Assembly: GCA_041677685.1 (NCBI GenBank)
Contig: JBAYPN010000004.1
Location: forward strand, 1 to 32,000
Direction of reading: 5' to 3'
DNA: 32,000 bases
Origin: an archaeon
GTDB taxonomy: Archaea; Iainarchaeota; Iainarchaeia; Iainarchaeales; CSSED10-239
The notes below the pieces were generated by a model. That model was not told the DNA's origin and did no database searches. It was given only the letters and a program-made list of their open reading frames with translations. Made by a program: the position numbers and the translations under genes. Within the stretch, counting starts at the first letter, position 1; every line of letters starts with the position of its first letter. Shown piece by piece: positions 1-10,069 of the stretch.

Positions 1-143
1 AAATTCTAAAAAATAATTGATATAAATTCTAAAAAATAATTGATATAAATTCTAAAAAATAATTGATATAAATTCTAAAAAATAATTGATATAAATTCTA
101 AAAAATAATTAACATAATTGATATAAAATAATTAACAATTATC
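1..143. repeat. 23-bp direct tandem repeat array. Four identical copies of aaattctaaaaaataattgatat lie at 1-92, a degenerate 5th at 93-115, then partial relics. The array is cut by the window edge.
   Basis: Read directly: period 23, with identical units starting at 1, 24, 47 and 70. There are no spacers between units. Confidence 0.9.
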
Positions 144-277
144 TAATTTCTATAAAACATTATTTTTATAAAATTACAAAAATTAAATTCTTTCTAAAAT
201 TTAAATTTAAAGAAAGTCATTTAAATCTTTTTACATACAATAATTTTGTTAAGAATTAATAAAAGGGGTAATTTAAA

Positions 278-1633
278 ATGACTGTTTATGATGTAATTAT
301 TGTTGGAGCTGGACCTGCAGGGATCTTTTCAGCACTAGAGCTTTCAAAAAATAAAAACAATTTAAAAATACTTTTAGTAGATAAAGGTAATCTTGTAGAG
401 AACAGAAAAAAAACAGAAATCATGACTGGTTTTGGAGGAGCAGGCACCTTCTCTGACGGGAAGTTACATTTCACACCTGTTTTGTCTCATGAAAAAATGT
501 TTCACTTATTTTCTGTTCAAGAATATCAAGTTTATCTAGATTATGTTGAGAGTATATTTTTAAATTATGGAGTTAAAAAAGAATACTACCCAAAAAATTT
601 AGAACAAGCAAAAGATCTAGTTGAGAATGCAGAAAGAAATAATATTAAACTCTTTATAAGAAAAACACTACATGTAGGCACAGATAAACTTCCAGAAGTT
701 ATTAAAAGAATGCAAGATGATTTAAAGAAAAGAAATATTGAATTATTGCCTAACATAGAAATTGAGGATATACTCTTAAAAGACAACAAAATAAAAGGTG
801 TAAAAACAAAAGATAATAAAGAAATATTTTGTAATCATCTAGTCCTAGCACCAGGAAGGTATAATGCTTCTTGGGTAGAAAAAATAACTGAAAAATATAA
901 TATTTCTAAAGTTCATGATAAAGTTGAAGTTGGAGTTAGAGTAGAATTTCCTAAATCAATTAACAATAAACATTCAGAATTAATGTATGAAACAATCTAT
1001 TCCATGTACACCCCAACTTATGATGATGTTGTTAGAACTTTTTGTCCATGCCCTAAAGGCTTTGTTGCAATTGAAGAGTATGAAGATTTTGTATGTGTAA
1101 ATGGTTATTCCAATTCAGACAATAATGGTACCAATTCCAATTTTGCATTAGTTGTAGAAGTTAATTTAACTAAGCCCCTAGAATCTACAAGAAAGTATGC
1201 AGAATTTATTGCAAGAGGTATTAGTTTACTTGGTTCAGGAAAACCAATTATTCAAAGATATAAAGATCTAAAATTAGGAATCAGGTCAACTGAAAATAGA
1301 CTTAAAAGAGCATATATTACTCCTTCTCTAAAAACTGCAGTGCCTGGAGATATTGGAATGGCTATGCCTTACCGTATTACAAAAGATTTAATTGAAGGAA
1401 TTGAGATGTTGTCTAAGATTCTTCCTGGTTTAAATGGGGATTCAACATTTCTGTATGCTCCAGAGGTAAAATTTAGATCAAATAAAGTTGAAACAACTAA
1501 ATTTTTAGAAGTTAAAAACATTAGTAACCTTTATATGGCAGGAGATGGTGCAGGGGTTAGTGGTAATATTATTGGGGCTGCAATTTCAGGCGTTGTGTGT
1601 GCAGAAGGTATTTTGGAGAGATTAGAAACATAA
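278..1633 (+). CDS. FAD-dependent dehydrogenase (COG2509-like NAD(FAD)-utilizing dehydrogenase)
   Basis: N-terminal Rossmann motif DVIIVGAGPAGIF. C-terminal LYMAGDGAGVSGNIIGAAISG is typical of this family. AAGGGG RBS-like element about 10 nt upstream. Confidence 0.7.
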   Translation: MTVYDVIIVGAGPAGIFSALELSKNKNNLKILLVDKGNLVENRKKTEIMTGFGGAGTFSDGKLHFTPVLSHEKMFHLFSVQEYQVYLDYVESIFLNYGVKKEYYPKNLEQAKDLVENAERNNIKLFIRKTLHVGTDKLPEVIKRMQDDLKKRNIELLPNIEIEDILLKDNKIKGVKTKDNKEIFCNHLVLAPGRYNASWVEKITEKYNISKVHDKVEVGVRVEFPKSINNKHSELMYETIYSMYTPTYDDVVRTFCPCPKGFVAIEEYEDFVCVNGYSNSDNNGTNSNFALVVEVNLTKPLESTRKYAEFIARGISLLGSGKPIIQRYKDLKLGIRSTENRLKRAYITPSLKTAVPGDIGMAMPYRITKDLIEGIEMLSKILPGLNGDSTFLYAPEVKFRSNKVETTKFLEVKNISNLYMAGDGAGVSGNIIGAAISGVVCAEGILERLET

Positions 1634-1690
1634 AGGTAAAAACCTAACATATTATTTTAGTTTATAAACATATAGGACATTAAAATTATT

Positions 1691-2281
1691 ATGGAAGAAA
1701 AGATATTAATTGATAGAAAGACCTTAAAGGCAATTTCTTCAGACACAAGATTTGATATTCTAAAGTTACTTAAAAAAAGGCAACATACTCTTTCAGAAAT
1801 TTCAGAGAAACTTAATCTTTCTTCTCCAACAATAAAGGAACACTTAGATAACTTAATCTCTGCAGATCTAGTTTTAAAAAAAGAAACTGATAGAAAATGG
1901 AAATATTATTCATTAACAGATAAAGGTAAAAAGCTATTAGAACCTAAAGCAATAACAGTGTTAATAGCCTTTGTGGTTAGTCTAGTTTTCACATTAGGTT
2001 CTTTTGGAGTATATTTAGGTAATCTTTTTTCAAACAGTCCTGTTAGTAATTATAAATCAATGGATTATGTAGTTACTGAGGCAACAGTAGATGTTACAAC
2101 AAGGACAATGGATGTTGCAGTTCAAAATGTAGCTCCCCAATCTAATTTAATTTTGCCATCAGTTAATAATACCCAATTGTTTTTAATAATTTTAAGTATA
2201 ATATTTTTTATTATCACTATTATATTCTTAGTGATGTTAATTAAGCAAAAAAGAAGTGAACAAAAAATTAAAATAATTTAA
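1691..2281 (+). CDS. ArsR-family winged-helix transcription regulator fused to C-terminal membrane segments
   Basis: HTH region ISSDTRFDILKLLKKRQHTLSEISEKLNLSSPTIKEHLDNL...YYSLTDKGKKLL. Two hydrophobic stretches follow (ITVLIAFVVSLVF..., LFLIILSIIFFIITIIFLVML). Confidence 0.65.
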   Translation: MEEKILIDRKTLKAISSDTRFDILKLLKKRQHTLSEISEKLNLSSPTIKEHLDNLISADLVLKKETDRKWKYYSLTDKGKKLLEPKAITVLIAFVVSLVFTLGSFGVYLGNLFSNSPVSNYKSMDYVVTEATVDVTTRTMDVAVQNVAPQSNLILPSVNNTQLFLIILSIIFFIITIIFLVMLIKQKRSEQKIKII

Positions 2282-2490
2282 AAATTAAAAACAACCCAAA
2301 GCAAAGATTATTTTTTTAAGTAACACAAAGAATTATCTAAAAAAGGTAATTTTCTTTTTTTACTTTTTCTTTTTTTAAAAATGAATTTAAGTTTCTAAAT
2401 ATCAAGATTTGTTCAATCATAAAAAAGCATCCCTTTATATTTATTTTTATAAACCAATTAAATATTAAAAAATAATAAAGGTCCATTAAA

Positions 2491-3846
2491 ATGTTAAGAA
2501 AATCAGTTAATAATAATTCTAAAAAGCCAAAAGACAATGTTGAACTAATAACTATCAAATCATTTAAACACAAAACTAAACAACTAAAATCACTTCTTAA
2601 AAATAAACTTTGGTTACAGGTAATTATTGCTTTAATCTTTGGAATTGCCTTTGGTATTATCTTAGGTCCAACAATAGGCATATTTAGTGCTCAAACAGCA
2701 AATACAATTTCTGATTGGGTAGCTATTCCTGGAAACATTTTTTTAAGTGTAATTCAGATGGTAGTAATCCCATTAATCTTTGCATCAATAATCTTAGGAA
2801 TTGCTTCTTCTAAGAATATTAAACAACTTAAAAAAATTGGTGTAACTATTACAATTTATTTTATAATAACAACCACAATTGCAATCATCATAGGTATCTT
2901 TATAACAAATCTAATTAATCCAGGACAATACATAAACAAAGATGTGTTAGTCATTTCTGATCAAGGAAGTTCTCAAGATGTTAGTGTAGATCTAGTTGAC
3001 AACTCTAAAAACACAGTTCCTAATCTAATAACAAACATCTTTCCAACAAATGTTTTTAGTTCTATAATTAAAGGTGAGATGTTACCAATTGTTATTTTTA
3101 CAATCATTTTTGGAATTGCCTTAATCAACATTAAACCAAAACAATCAGAACCTCTTTTAGAAGTCTTAAGTTCATTACAAGATGTGTGTATAACAATTGT
3201 AAAATGGGCTATGGTATTAGCACCAATTGCAGTTTTTGGATTAATCACAAAGGTTACAAGTCAATTCGGAATTGATACTTTGTCTGGTTTAGGTGCATAT
3301 ATGTTAACAGTTATCTTAGGTTTATTGATATTAGTCATAGTTTATTTGTTGATTGTTTATTTTATTGTTAAAGAAAATCCATTTAGATTTTTAAGTAATA
3401 TTAGAGATGTACAATTATTAGCTTTTTCAACATCCAGTTCTGCAGTAGTTATGCCTATTTCTATAAAGACTGCTGAGGAAAAGTTAAAGGTAAGACCTTC
3501 AATTGCTCAATTTATAATCCCTCTAGGAACAACCATAAACATGGATGGGACTGCACTATATCAGGCTGTTGCTACAATTTTTTTAGCTCAAGTTTATGGG
3601 GTGAATATAGGATTGACTGCTTTGTTATTTTTAATTGTCACAATAGTAGGGGCATCTATTGGTACTCCAGGAACTCCAGGGGTGGGTATTGTAATTCTTG
3701 CAGTCATATTAACTTCTGTGGGCATCCCCTTATTAGGTATTGCCTTAATCATAGGGGTAGATAGGATATTAGACATGTGTAGGACTGCAGTAAATGTTAC
3801 TGGGGACTTGACTGCTAGTTTGTTTATAAATAAAGTTATTAAATAA
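2491..3846 (+). CDS. Dicarboxylate/amino acid:cation symporter (DAACS, GltP/GltPh family)
   Basis: Polytopic protein carrying the family hallmark PLGTTINMDGTALYQAV and the GTPGTPG hairpin region. The exact start codon is uncertain. Confidence 0.8.
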   Translation: MLRKSVNNNSKKPKDNVELITIKSFKHKTKQLKSLLKNKLWLQVIIALIFGIAFGIILGPTIGIFSAQTANTISDWVAIPGNIFLSVIQMVVIPLIFASIILGIASSKNIKQLKKIGVTITIYFIITTTIAIIIGIFITNLINPGQYINKDVLVISDQGSSQDVSVDLVDNSKNTVPNLITNIFPTNVFSSIIKGEMLPIVIFTIIFGIALINIKPKQSEPLLEVLSSLQDVCITIVKWAMVLAPIAVFGLITKVTSQFGIDTLSGLGAYMLTVILGLLILVIVYLLIVYFIVKENPFRFLSNIRDVQLLAFSTSSSAVVMPISIKTAEEKLKVRPSIAQFIIPLGTTINMDGTALYQAVATIFLAQVYGVNIGLTALLFLIVTIVGASIGTPGTPGVGIVILAVILTSVGIPLLGIALIIGVDRILDMCRTAVNVTGDLTASLFINKVIK

Positions 3847-3873
3847 ATTTTAATTTAAGGAACTAAAGAGAAC

Positions 3874-4431
3874 ATGTATAAGATACTTTTTGTTGGTATT
3901 TATGTAATTGTTGAATATTTCTTAACATTTAATATTACAAAAAAATATATAGACAATACCAAAGAGACAATAAACATGTTCAAGTCTGATTTTTGGACTT
4001 CTCAATATTTTGTAATTTTTTTTACAGTTATTTTAATTTCTTTAGTTTATTATTTTTTTTATACAGACTATATGTTGTTTGAGAGTTTAGATCTACTTTG
4101 GTGCTTATTGATTATATTTTCAGGAGTTATAGAATATAAGGCAATTAAGGAACTAAAAGAAAATTACTATCCACAAGTAGGACCTGAAAAAAGAATAGTA
4201 ACAACAGGAATTTATAAACATATAAGGCATCCAATCTATCTTTCAGCAATGATTTTAGGTTCATCTTTAATTTTGTTATTTTCTTTTAAGTTAGTAATTT
4301 ATTTGTTACCAATTTTATTAATTTCAATTATTTTAAAAATAGAGACTGAAGATAAATATCTTTTAAATAACCATAAAGAATACAGACAATATTCAAAGAC
4401 ATCAAAAAAAATAATTCCATTTGTTTACTAA
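3874..4431 (+). CDS. Isoprenylcysteine carboxyl / phospholipid methyltransferase family membrane protein
   Basis: Motif RIVTTGIYKHIRHPIYLSAMILG inside a multi-TM protein. Confidence 0.6.
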   Translation: MYKILFVGIYVIVEYFLTFNITKKYIDNTKETINMFKSDFWTSQYFVIFFTVILISLVYYFFYTDYMLFESLDLLWCLLIIFSGVIEYKAIKELKENYYPQVGPEKRIVTTGIYKHIRHPIYLSAMILGSSLILLFSFKLVIYLLPILLISIILKIETEDKYLLNNHKEYRQYSKTSKKIIPFVY

Positions 4432-4946
4432 ACTTTTCCAAGAACAGATTTAGATTTAGTAAATGCAAATTTTGAGTGTCCAAAATATCTATAAACATTC
4501 ATTATAAGATCAGACATCAATTTAGCTAATATAAATTCAATATTACAAATTTCTACAAAAAAGATCATAAGCCCAAAGACAATAACAACACTTGTAATAT
4601 TTATAGAGTAATATTTTATAAAAGAAATAATGTTTTGTTTACTAAATGTTTTTGTATTTATCTTAAAAGCATATTTCTTATGAACATTATAATTAGTAAA
4701 TCCTCTTGCAATATCTGAAAAGACTGCTGAAACAATATAATTAATTTGTAAAATGTGTACTAAAACAAATATAAGAATGACATCAACTGCAGTCCCAATC
4801 AATCCAATGGTTGCATATTTTATAAATCTTCTATATTTGTAAGCAATTCTGTAACTGATAATTGAATAATATACTCTATGAAATATAGTGTTCTTTTTAA
4901 TATCCAAAAGTGATTTTTTAAAAGTGTGTTTTTTAGATAAACTCAT
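4428..4946 (-). CDS. GtrA-family membrane protein
   Basis: KYATIGLIGTAVDVILIFVLVH plus 4 TM segments. I prefer the ATG at 4946 (MSLSKK...) because the 5045 start would overlap the upstream gene by 74 nt. Confidence 0.6.
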   Translation of the reverse strand: MSLSKKHTFKKSLLDIKKNTIFHRVYYSIISYRIAYKYRRFIKYATIGLIGTAVDVILIFVLVHILQINYIVSAVFSDIARGFTNYNVHKKYAFKINTKTFSKQNIISFIKYYSINITSVVIVFGLMIFFVEICNIEFILAKLMSDLIMNVYRYFGHSKFAFTKSKSVLGKV

Positions 4947-4971
4947 ATTAAAAAAATAAAATAATTTTTTA

Positions 4972-5817
4972 TTATTTTCTACCTCTTCTAATCTTAAAAG
5001 AGTTGTGTAATTTATTTTTAGGAACTTTACTTTTTTTAGGTTCAATTCTTTGTTTATATTTTGTAATAATTTTTCTTGCTTCTAAAGAATTTGGTTTAGT
5101 TTGCAATATTTCATTATGTTTTTTTAAAGTAACATATTGTGTCATCATTTCATCCAATTGTTTTTTTGGAAAAGCATTTTTCTTTTTAAGCAATTCCTCT
5201 AATCTGTTTATTTTTAATGCAATTTTGATTTTTAATTTTTGTTCAAAGTTTAAGTTTTTAGAATTAACTTCTAAAATTTTTTTATATAATAATTTGCTGC
5301 TAGGAGGCATATTGTGCCAAACTATTTCTAAATGATTTATTAATTCTTGATTTAATTTACTTCTATTTTTTTTACTTAAAATAAGAGATTCAAAAAATTT
5401 TTTTTGTAAAAATTTATATTTAAAATCTTTTTCAGACATTTTTTCTAAGATTTCAAATAATTGCTTATTATTAGCTTTAGAAATATTTGGAATTTCTTTT
5501 ATAAAAGATTTTTTTAATAAATTAGAATTATTAGTTACAAAAACGCTTTTTAATCCTAAACTTTCAGTAATAAATTTAAAAAATTCAATTGTTTTTTTAA
5601 TATTTAAATTCTCAAATTTATCTAGATCTAAAATTATAACTGAGTTATTTATTTTTTCACTTATATATTTGTCAATTAAATTATCAGTAGTATTATTTAG
5701 GTCTAATTTATAATCTAAGTTTTCAAATTTTACATTTTTTGGTTTATGTAAAGTTTCAATTTTCTTTAGTTCTTCAGCATCATACCCATAAAATAGATAA
5801 TTTCTAGTAGCACCCAT
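4972..5817 (-). CDS. Hypothetical Lys-rich protein, 281 aa
   Basis: Long ORF with coding-like composition. I recognise no motif. Confidence 0.5.
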   Translation of the reverse strand: MGATRNYLFYGYDAEELKKIETLHKPKNVKFENLDYKLDLNNTTDNLIDKYISEKINNSVIILDLDKFENLNIKKTIEFFKFITESLGLKSVFVTNNSNLLKKSFIKEIPNISKANNKQLFEILEKMSEKDFKYKFLQKKFFESLILSKKNRSKLNQELINHLEIVWHNMPPSSKLLYKKILEVNSKNLNFEQKLKIKIALKINRLEELLKKKNAFPKKQLDEMMTQYVTLKKHNEILQTKPNSLEARKIITKYKQRIEPKKSKVPKNKLHNSFKIRRGRK

Positions 5818-5971
5818 ATCTTGTCATATCCAAATAATAAAACCTTTTTTTTAAATTTAATTTAAACAAATAGGTTTAAGTAAAAATATCTATAAATAGA
5901 AAAATATATAAAATCAATCTATTATAATAAATATTATAATTTACAAACATTATACTAAAGGATTTTAAAAA

Positions 5972-7000
5972 ATGGCAGAACTAGAGAAATCAAAAATTGA
6001 AATTAAATTTAATAAATATATAACAATTAGTATAATCATAGCTTTATTTGTTTTCATCCTATATTATCTTTGGCCATACAGAAATGGAGTTTTTGGAGCA
6101 TTCATTTTATTTGTTTTATTTTTACCAATATATAAATTTTTTAAAGATAAATTAAAAATTAATAAAAAGGTTTCAGGCATACTAATCATAATCTTAGTTA
6201 TCATAATTGTAATTATCCCAAGTTATTTTATAGTTACTAATGCATATAACCAAATATCGAACATCACAATAGATAAGTCAGCAATAATAGATGCTATTGA
6301 CAAAATTGATCAAAAGATACCTGCATTAAATTTAGTAGAAAATGTAAATAAACAAATTTCTAATTTTGTAAACTGGACAGGTGACCTTCTAATAAAAGGT
6401 GTTACTAGTGCAATTACTACAGCCATTACTTTAATTATATTATTTTTTATACTTTATTATCTTCTAGTATACAGTAAAGAAGTTAAAAATGAACTAAAGG
6501 AATTTCTACCATTCAATAACAAAAATTCAAATATACTATATACAGAATTTAAAAAAATTACTTATGCTACAGTTGTTGCAACAGGTCTTGTAGCAATTGT
6601 GCAAGGACTATTGTTAGGTTTAAGTTTTTGGATTTTTGGAATTAAAGGTGCAGTTCTGTGGGGGCTGTTAGCTGCAATTTTTTCTTTCTTACCTATTGTT
6701 GGAGTTCCTCTTATTTGGGTGCCTTATGCTATATATTTTATAGTTCAACAAAATTATCTTGTAGGGATTGGATTGATAGTGTCAGGATTAATTATTAATT
6801 ATATAGAGTATTTTATACGTCCGCCACTTCAAAAGAAAATGGGCAATTTGCATCCATTAACATCAATCTTAGGTATATTTATTGGTCTTGCGGCTTTTGG
6901 AATTGTTGGTATTGTTATTGGTCCATTATTAATTTCTTATTTCTTAATTATCTTTAAGATGTATAAAGACGAGTATATTGTTAAAAAAAATAAATTTTAA
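5972..7000 (+). CDS. AI-2E family transporter (PerM/UPF0118)
   Basis: Polytopic protein. The block GLLLGLSFWIFGIKGAVLWGLLAAIFSFLPIVGVPLIWVP is typical of the family. Confidence 0.7.
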   Translation: MAELEKSKIEIKFNKYITISIIIALFVFILYYLWPYRNGVFGAFILFVLFLPIYKFFKDKLKINKKVSGILIIILVIIIVIIPSYFIVTNAYNQISNITIDKSAIIDAIDKIDQKIPALNLVENVNKQISNFVNWTGDLLIKGVTSAITTAITLIILFFILYYLLVYSKEVKNELKEFLPFNNKNSNILYTEFKKITYATVVATGLVAIVQGLLLGLSFWIFGIKGAVLWGLLAAIFSFLPIVGVPLIWVPYAIYFIVQQNYLVGIGLIVSGLIINYIEYFIRPPLQKKMGNLHPLTSILGIFIGLAAFGIVGIVIGPLLISYFLIIFKMYKDEYIVKKNKF

Positions 7001-7103
7001 TAAATATAGATACTTTTTATATCTTTTGATGTAAATATATTTTATAGTATCTAATAGATGATTATTGTAAGTTTTAAAATTAATAATTAAAAAGGAATAG
7101 AGT

Positions 7104-8042
7104 ATGATTCAATTTTATAAACCAAATCAAAAAGAATTAATTATTCTTAAAACACCAGAACTTAATTGTTGGATTAATGTTTACAACCCAAACACTGAGG
7201 AATTAGAATATTTATCAAATCTTTTAAAAATAAAAAAAACAGAGAAAAAACAATTTATTGAGGACTTACTTTCCTTACAAGACCAAGAAGAAATTCCAAT
7301 GTTAGAAAAGTTAAGTAATAGACTTTTTATAATTACAAGGACTGTTCAAAAAAAAGAGGGGCATCCAAATTCATATTATACAACTCCTTTAGGGATATTA
7401 CTTACAAAAGATTATGCAGTAACAATTGGCTTTATAAAAAACACCATTATTAAATCGATTAAAGAAAAGAATATGAAGTTTAGTCCAGCTTATTTTATTT
7501 TAAGACTATTGCTTTTATCCTCAAGAACTTATCTTACTTACCTTAAAGAAATTGATAAACAAATTAATTCAATTGAACAAAAATTAGAGAGTTCTCCAAA
7601 AAATATTGATATTAAAAAATTATTATATTTAGAAAAGTCATTAGTCTTTATTAACACTTCTTTAAAAGGTAATCAAATATTATTTGAAAGAATGTATAAA
7701 AATAAACAATTTAATTCAATTGAAAAGAATAGAGATGTCTTAGATGATGTTATTGATGAAAATAAGCAAGGTATAGAGATGGCTCAAATTTACACAAACA
7801 TTATTAAAAATAACTTAGATGTAAATTCTTCAGTAATCTCCAATAACTTAAATAAGGTTGTAAAAATCTTAACCTCAATTACAATAATAATTGCAATTCC
7901 AACTTTAGTTGCAAGTATTTATGGAATGAATGTTAATCTTCCTTTCCAACAATCAAGTTATGCTTTTGGAATCACAATGTTAATTTCTTTATTTTTTACA
8001 TTTTTAGTATTGTGGTTTTTATGGAAAAATAAGTGGTTATAA
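7104..8042 (+). CDS. corA: CorA-family magnesium/cobalt transporter
   Basis: Soluble N-terminal domain, two C-terminal TM segments and the signature YGMNV (ASIYGMNVNLPF). Confidence 0.8.
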   Translation: MIQFYKPNQKELIILKTPELNCWINVYNPNTEELEYLSNLLKIKKTEKKQFIEDLLSLQDQEEIPMLEKLSNRLFIITRTVQKKEGHPNSYYTTPLGILLTKDYAVTIGFIKNTIIKSIKEKNMKFSPAYFILRLLLLSSRTYLTYLKEIDKQINSIEQKLESSPKNIDIKKLLYLEKSLVFINTSLKGNQILFERMYKNKQFNSIEKNRDVLDDVIDENKQGIEMAQIYTNIIKNNLDVNSSVISNNLNKVVKILTSITIIIAIPTLVASIYGMNVNLPFQQSSYAFGITMLISLFFTFLVLWFLWKNKWL

Positions 8043-8045
8043 ATT

Positions 8046-9275
8046 ATGATTTTAAAAAAACCAAAACTGTTAAGTCCTGTAGGGTCTTTTGAGATGTTAG
8101 TTGCTGCAATCAAAGCTGGTGCAGATGCTGTATACCTAGGTATCAAAGGGCTAAATATGAGAGAGAGGGCTTCCAACTTTGAAATTAAAGAATTAAAAAA
8201 AGTAGTTGATTTTGCTCACAAAAACAATGTTGAAGTCTATCTAACAGTAAACACAATCTACTATGATAATGAATTAACCAAAATTAAAAAAATTATAAAA
8301 AAAGCAAAAGAATACAAGGTAGATGCAATTATAGCTTGGGACTTGTCTGTTATTGGCTATTGTAAAGAGATTAAGATGCCAGTTCATCTAAGTACACAGG
8401 CTTCAGTTGCAAACATAGATGCTATTAAGCAATATTACAGACTAGGGGTTAATAGATTTGTTTTAGCAAGAGAACTATCTTTAGATCAAATTAAAAATAT
8501 AATAAAAGAATCTAAAAAGATTTCTAAAAAAATAGAAATTGAAACATTTGTTCATGGAGCAATGTGTGTTTCTGTCAGTGGTAGATGTTTTATGTCTCAA
8601 TTTCTTTATGGGGACAAAACTTCTGCAAATAGAGGTAAATGTATTCAACCATGTAGAAGAAAATATATAATCAAAGATCCAGAAACACAAAAGGAATTAG
8701 AAGTTCACAACAACTATATTTTAAGTCCAAAAGACATGTGCACAATTCCTTTTATAGACATTTTAATAAAGAGTGGTATTGCTGTTTTTAAAATTGAAGG
8801 TAGAGCAAGAAGCCCTGAATATGTAAAAAAAGTAACTGAGAGTTATAGAGAAGCAATTGATTCTTACTTTAATAAAAAATTAGATATTAAATTAAAAAAG
8901 AAATTATTAGAAAAGGTTAAAACTGTGTATAATAGAGGCTTCTCGGATGGTTTTTATTTAGGTAAACCAATTAATGAATGGACTGACTCTTATGGAAGTA
9001 AAGCAACAAAGAAAAAGACATACATAGGAAAAATAAATAAGCTATATAAAAAAATTAATGTTGCAGAAATTAAAATCGAAGCAAACAAACTAAAAGTAAA
9101 TCAAAATATTTTAATAATTGGTCCAGCTACAGGTGTAATTGAACAAACAGTCGACAGCATGCAAATAGATGTAGGAAAACCAGTAACTGTTGCAAAGAAA
9201 GGAGCCTTTGTTGCTATTAAAATAAAAGATAAAAAACTTCCTAAAATTTCAGATAAAGTTTACATTTTTGAATAA
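8046..9275 (+). CDS. Peptidase U32 family protein (collagenase-like / RNA hydroxylase family)
   Basis: N-terminus KPKLLSPVGSFEMLVAAIKAGADAVYLG and the U32 signature ETFVHGAMCVSVSGRC. Confidence 0.8.
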   Translation: MILKKPKLLSPVGSFEMLVAAIKAGADAVYLGIKGLNMRERASNFEIKELKKVVDFAHKNNVEVYLTVNTIYYDNELTKIKKIIKKAKEYKVDAIIAWDLSVIGYCKEIKMPVHLSTQASVANIDAIKQYYRLGVNRFVLARELSLDQIKNIIKESKKISKKIEIETFVHGAMCVSVSGRCFMSQFLYGDKTSANRGKCIQPCRRKYIIKDPETQKELEVHNNYILSPKDMCTIPFIDILIKSGIAVFKIEGRARSPEYVKKVTESYREAIDSYFNKKLDIKLKKKLLEKVKTVYNRGFSDGFYLGKPINEWTDSYGSKATKKKTYIGKINKLYKKINVAEIKIEANKLKVNQNILIIGPATGVIEQTVDSMQIDVGKPVTVAKKGAFVAIKIKDKKLPKISDKVYIFE

Positions 9276-9289
9276 TTATTTTTAAAAGA

Positions 9290-10069
9290 ATGAGCCTTAT
9301 GAAAAAAATTTATTTAGACAAAATTGTTAATTTCCTATTTCCAAGCGAACATAACTATAGTACAGATATTAAATTAAATGATTTTATTTTAGATAATTTT
9401 AAACATAAAGAAGATTCTAAAGAACTACTTGTTTTATGCCCTCCTTGGCACATAGGTCTAACAGCAACAAGAATTTTAAGAAGTAAATTGAAAAAAGAAA
9501 ACATTTCTTATTTAGAGTTTAGTTTACACCAAGATATTATCTCTTGTGATTATAAGACAACTGGTAAGTTAGTAAAAAAATCAATCGAGATTATGATTAG
9601 TAGAATTGATTATTATAAAAAAAAATATAATTTTAAGAAAATACATATACTAGGGATAAGTTTGGGTTGTTTGTTTGCAATTAATGTTGTAAAGGAAATT
9701 GAGGAGGTAGACAAATTGATTCTATCAACTCCAGGTCACTCCTTCTCAAGAGTTTTTTGGTTTGGTCATGCTACAAGAAAGATGGTTGAGGTGTTACAAG
9801 CAAACAATGTATCACTAAAAACAATCCAAGAAGAATGGAAGGAAGTAGATGGTTTAGTTAACATTTCCAAATTGAAAAATAAAAATATTATTATATTGTT
9901 ATCAAAGTCAGATCTTATTATTAGATATGAGTTTGGTGAGAAGTTGATTGAAGAGTTAAACAATGCAAAAATTTATCCAAGAGTTTTTTTAAATAAGAAC
10001 TTAGGGCATTATGGGACTAGTCTTCTATTATTATTTAATCCTAAGAAATATATTTTCCCTAAATTTTAA
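9290..10069 (+). CDS. Alpha/beta hydrolase fold protein
   Basis: Nucleophile elbow GISLG, followed in order by a candidate Asp (SKSD) and His (LGHYG). Confidence 0.55.
   Translation: MSLMKKIYLDKIVNFLFPSEHNYSTDIKLNDFILDNFKHKEDSKELLVLCPPWHIGLTATRILRSKLKKENISYLEFSLHQDIISCDYKTTGKLVKKSIEIMISRIDYYKKKYNFKKIHILGISLGCLFAINVVKEIEEVDKLILSTPGHSFSRVFWFGHATRKMVEVLQANNVSLKTIQEEWKEVDGLVNISKLKNKNIIILLSKSDLIIRYEFGEKLIEELNNAKIYPRVFLNKNLGHYGTSLLLLFNPKKYIFPKF

Noticed and set aside
1-143. Possible CRISPR array
   Set aside because: The 23-bp units are directly adjacent with no spacers, are AT-rich without a palindromic core, and have no cas genes nearby. This is a plain tandem repeat.
286-789. Antisense ORFs 286-474 and 586-789. 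The same applies to 2337-2681, 2973-3248, 3594-3776, 5003-5335, 7958-8176, 8481-8690, 9766-9963, 11947-12525, 13254-13957, 16937-17288, 21319-21507, 27763-28011, 29274-29538, 30307-30655, 30862-31086 and 31689-31880.
   Set aside because: All lie inside or opposite longer ORFs with recognisable families or better coding features. Their translations are low-complexity shadow frames typical of AT-rich DNA.
4972-5817. HolA/clamp-loader-like protein, suggested by the N-terminal NYLFYGYD motif
   Set aside because: This is a single short resemblance (YLLYGEE-like) in a Lys-rich, low-complexity protein. It is not enough for a call.
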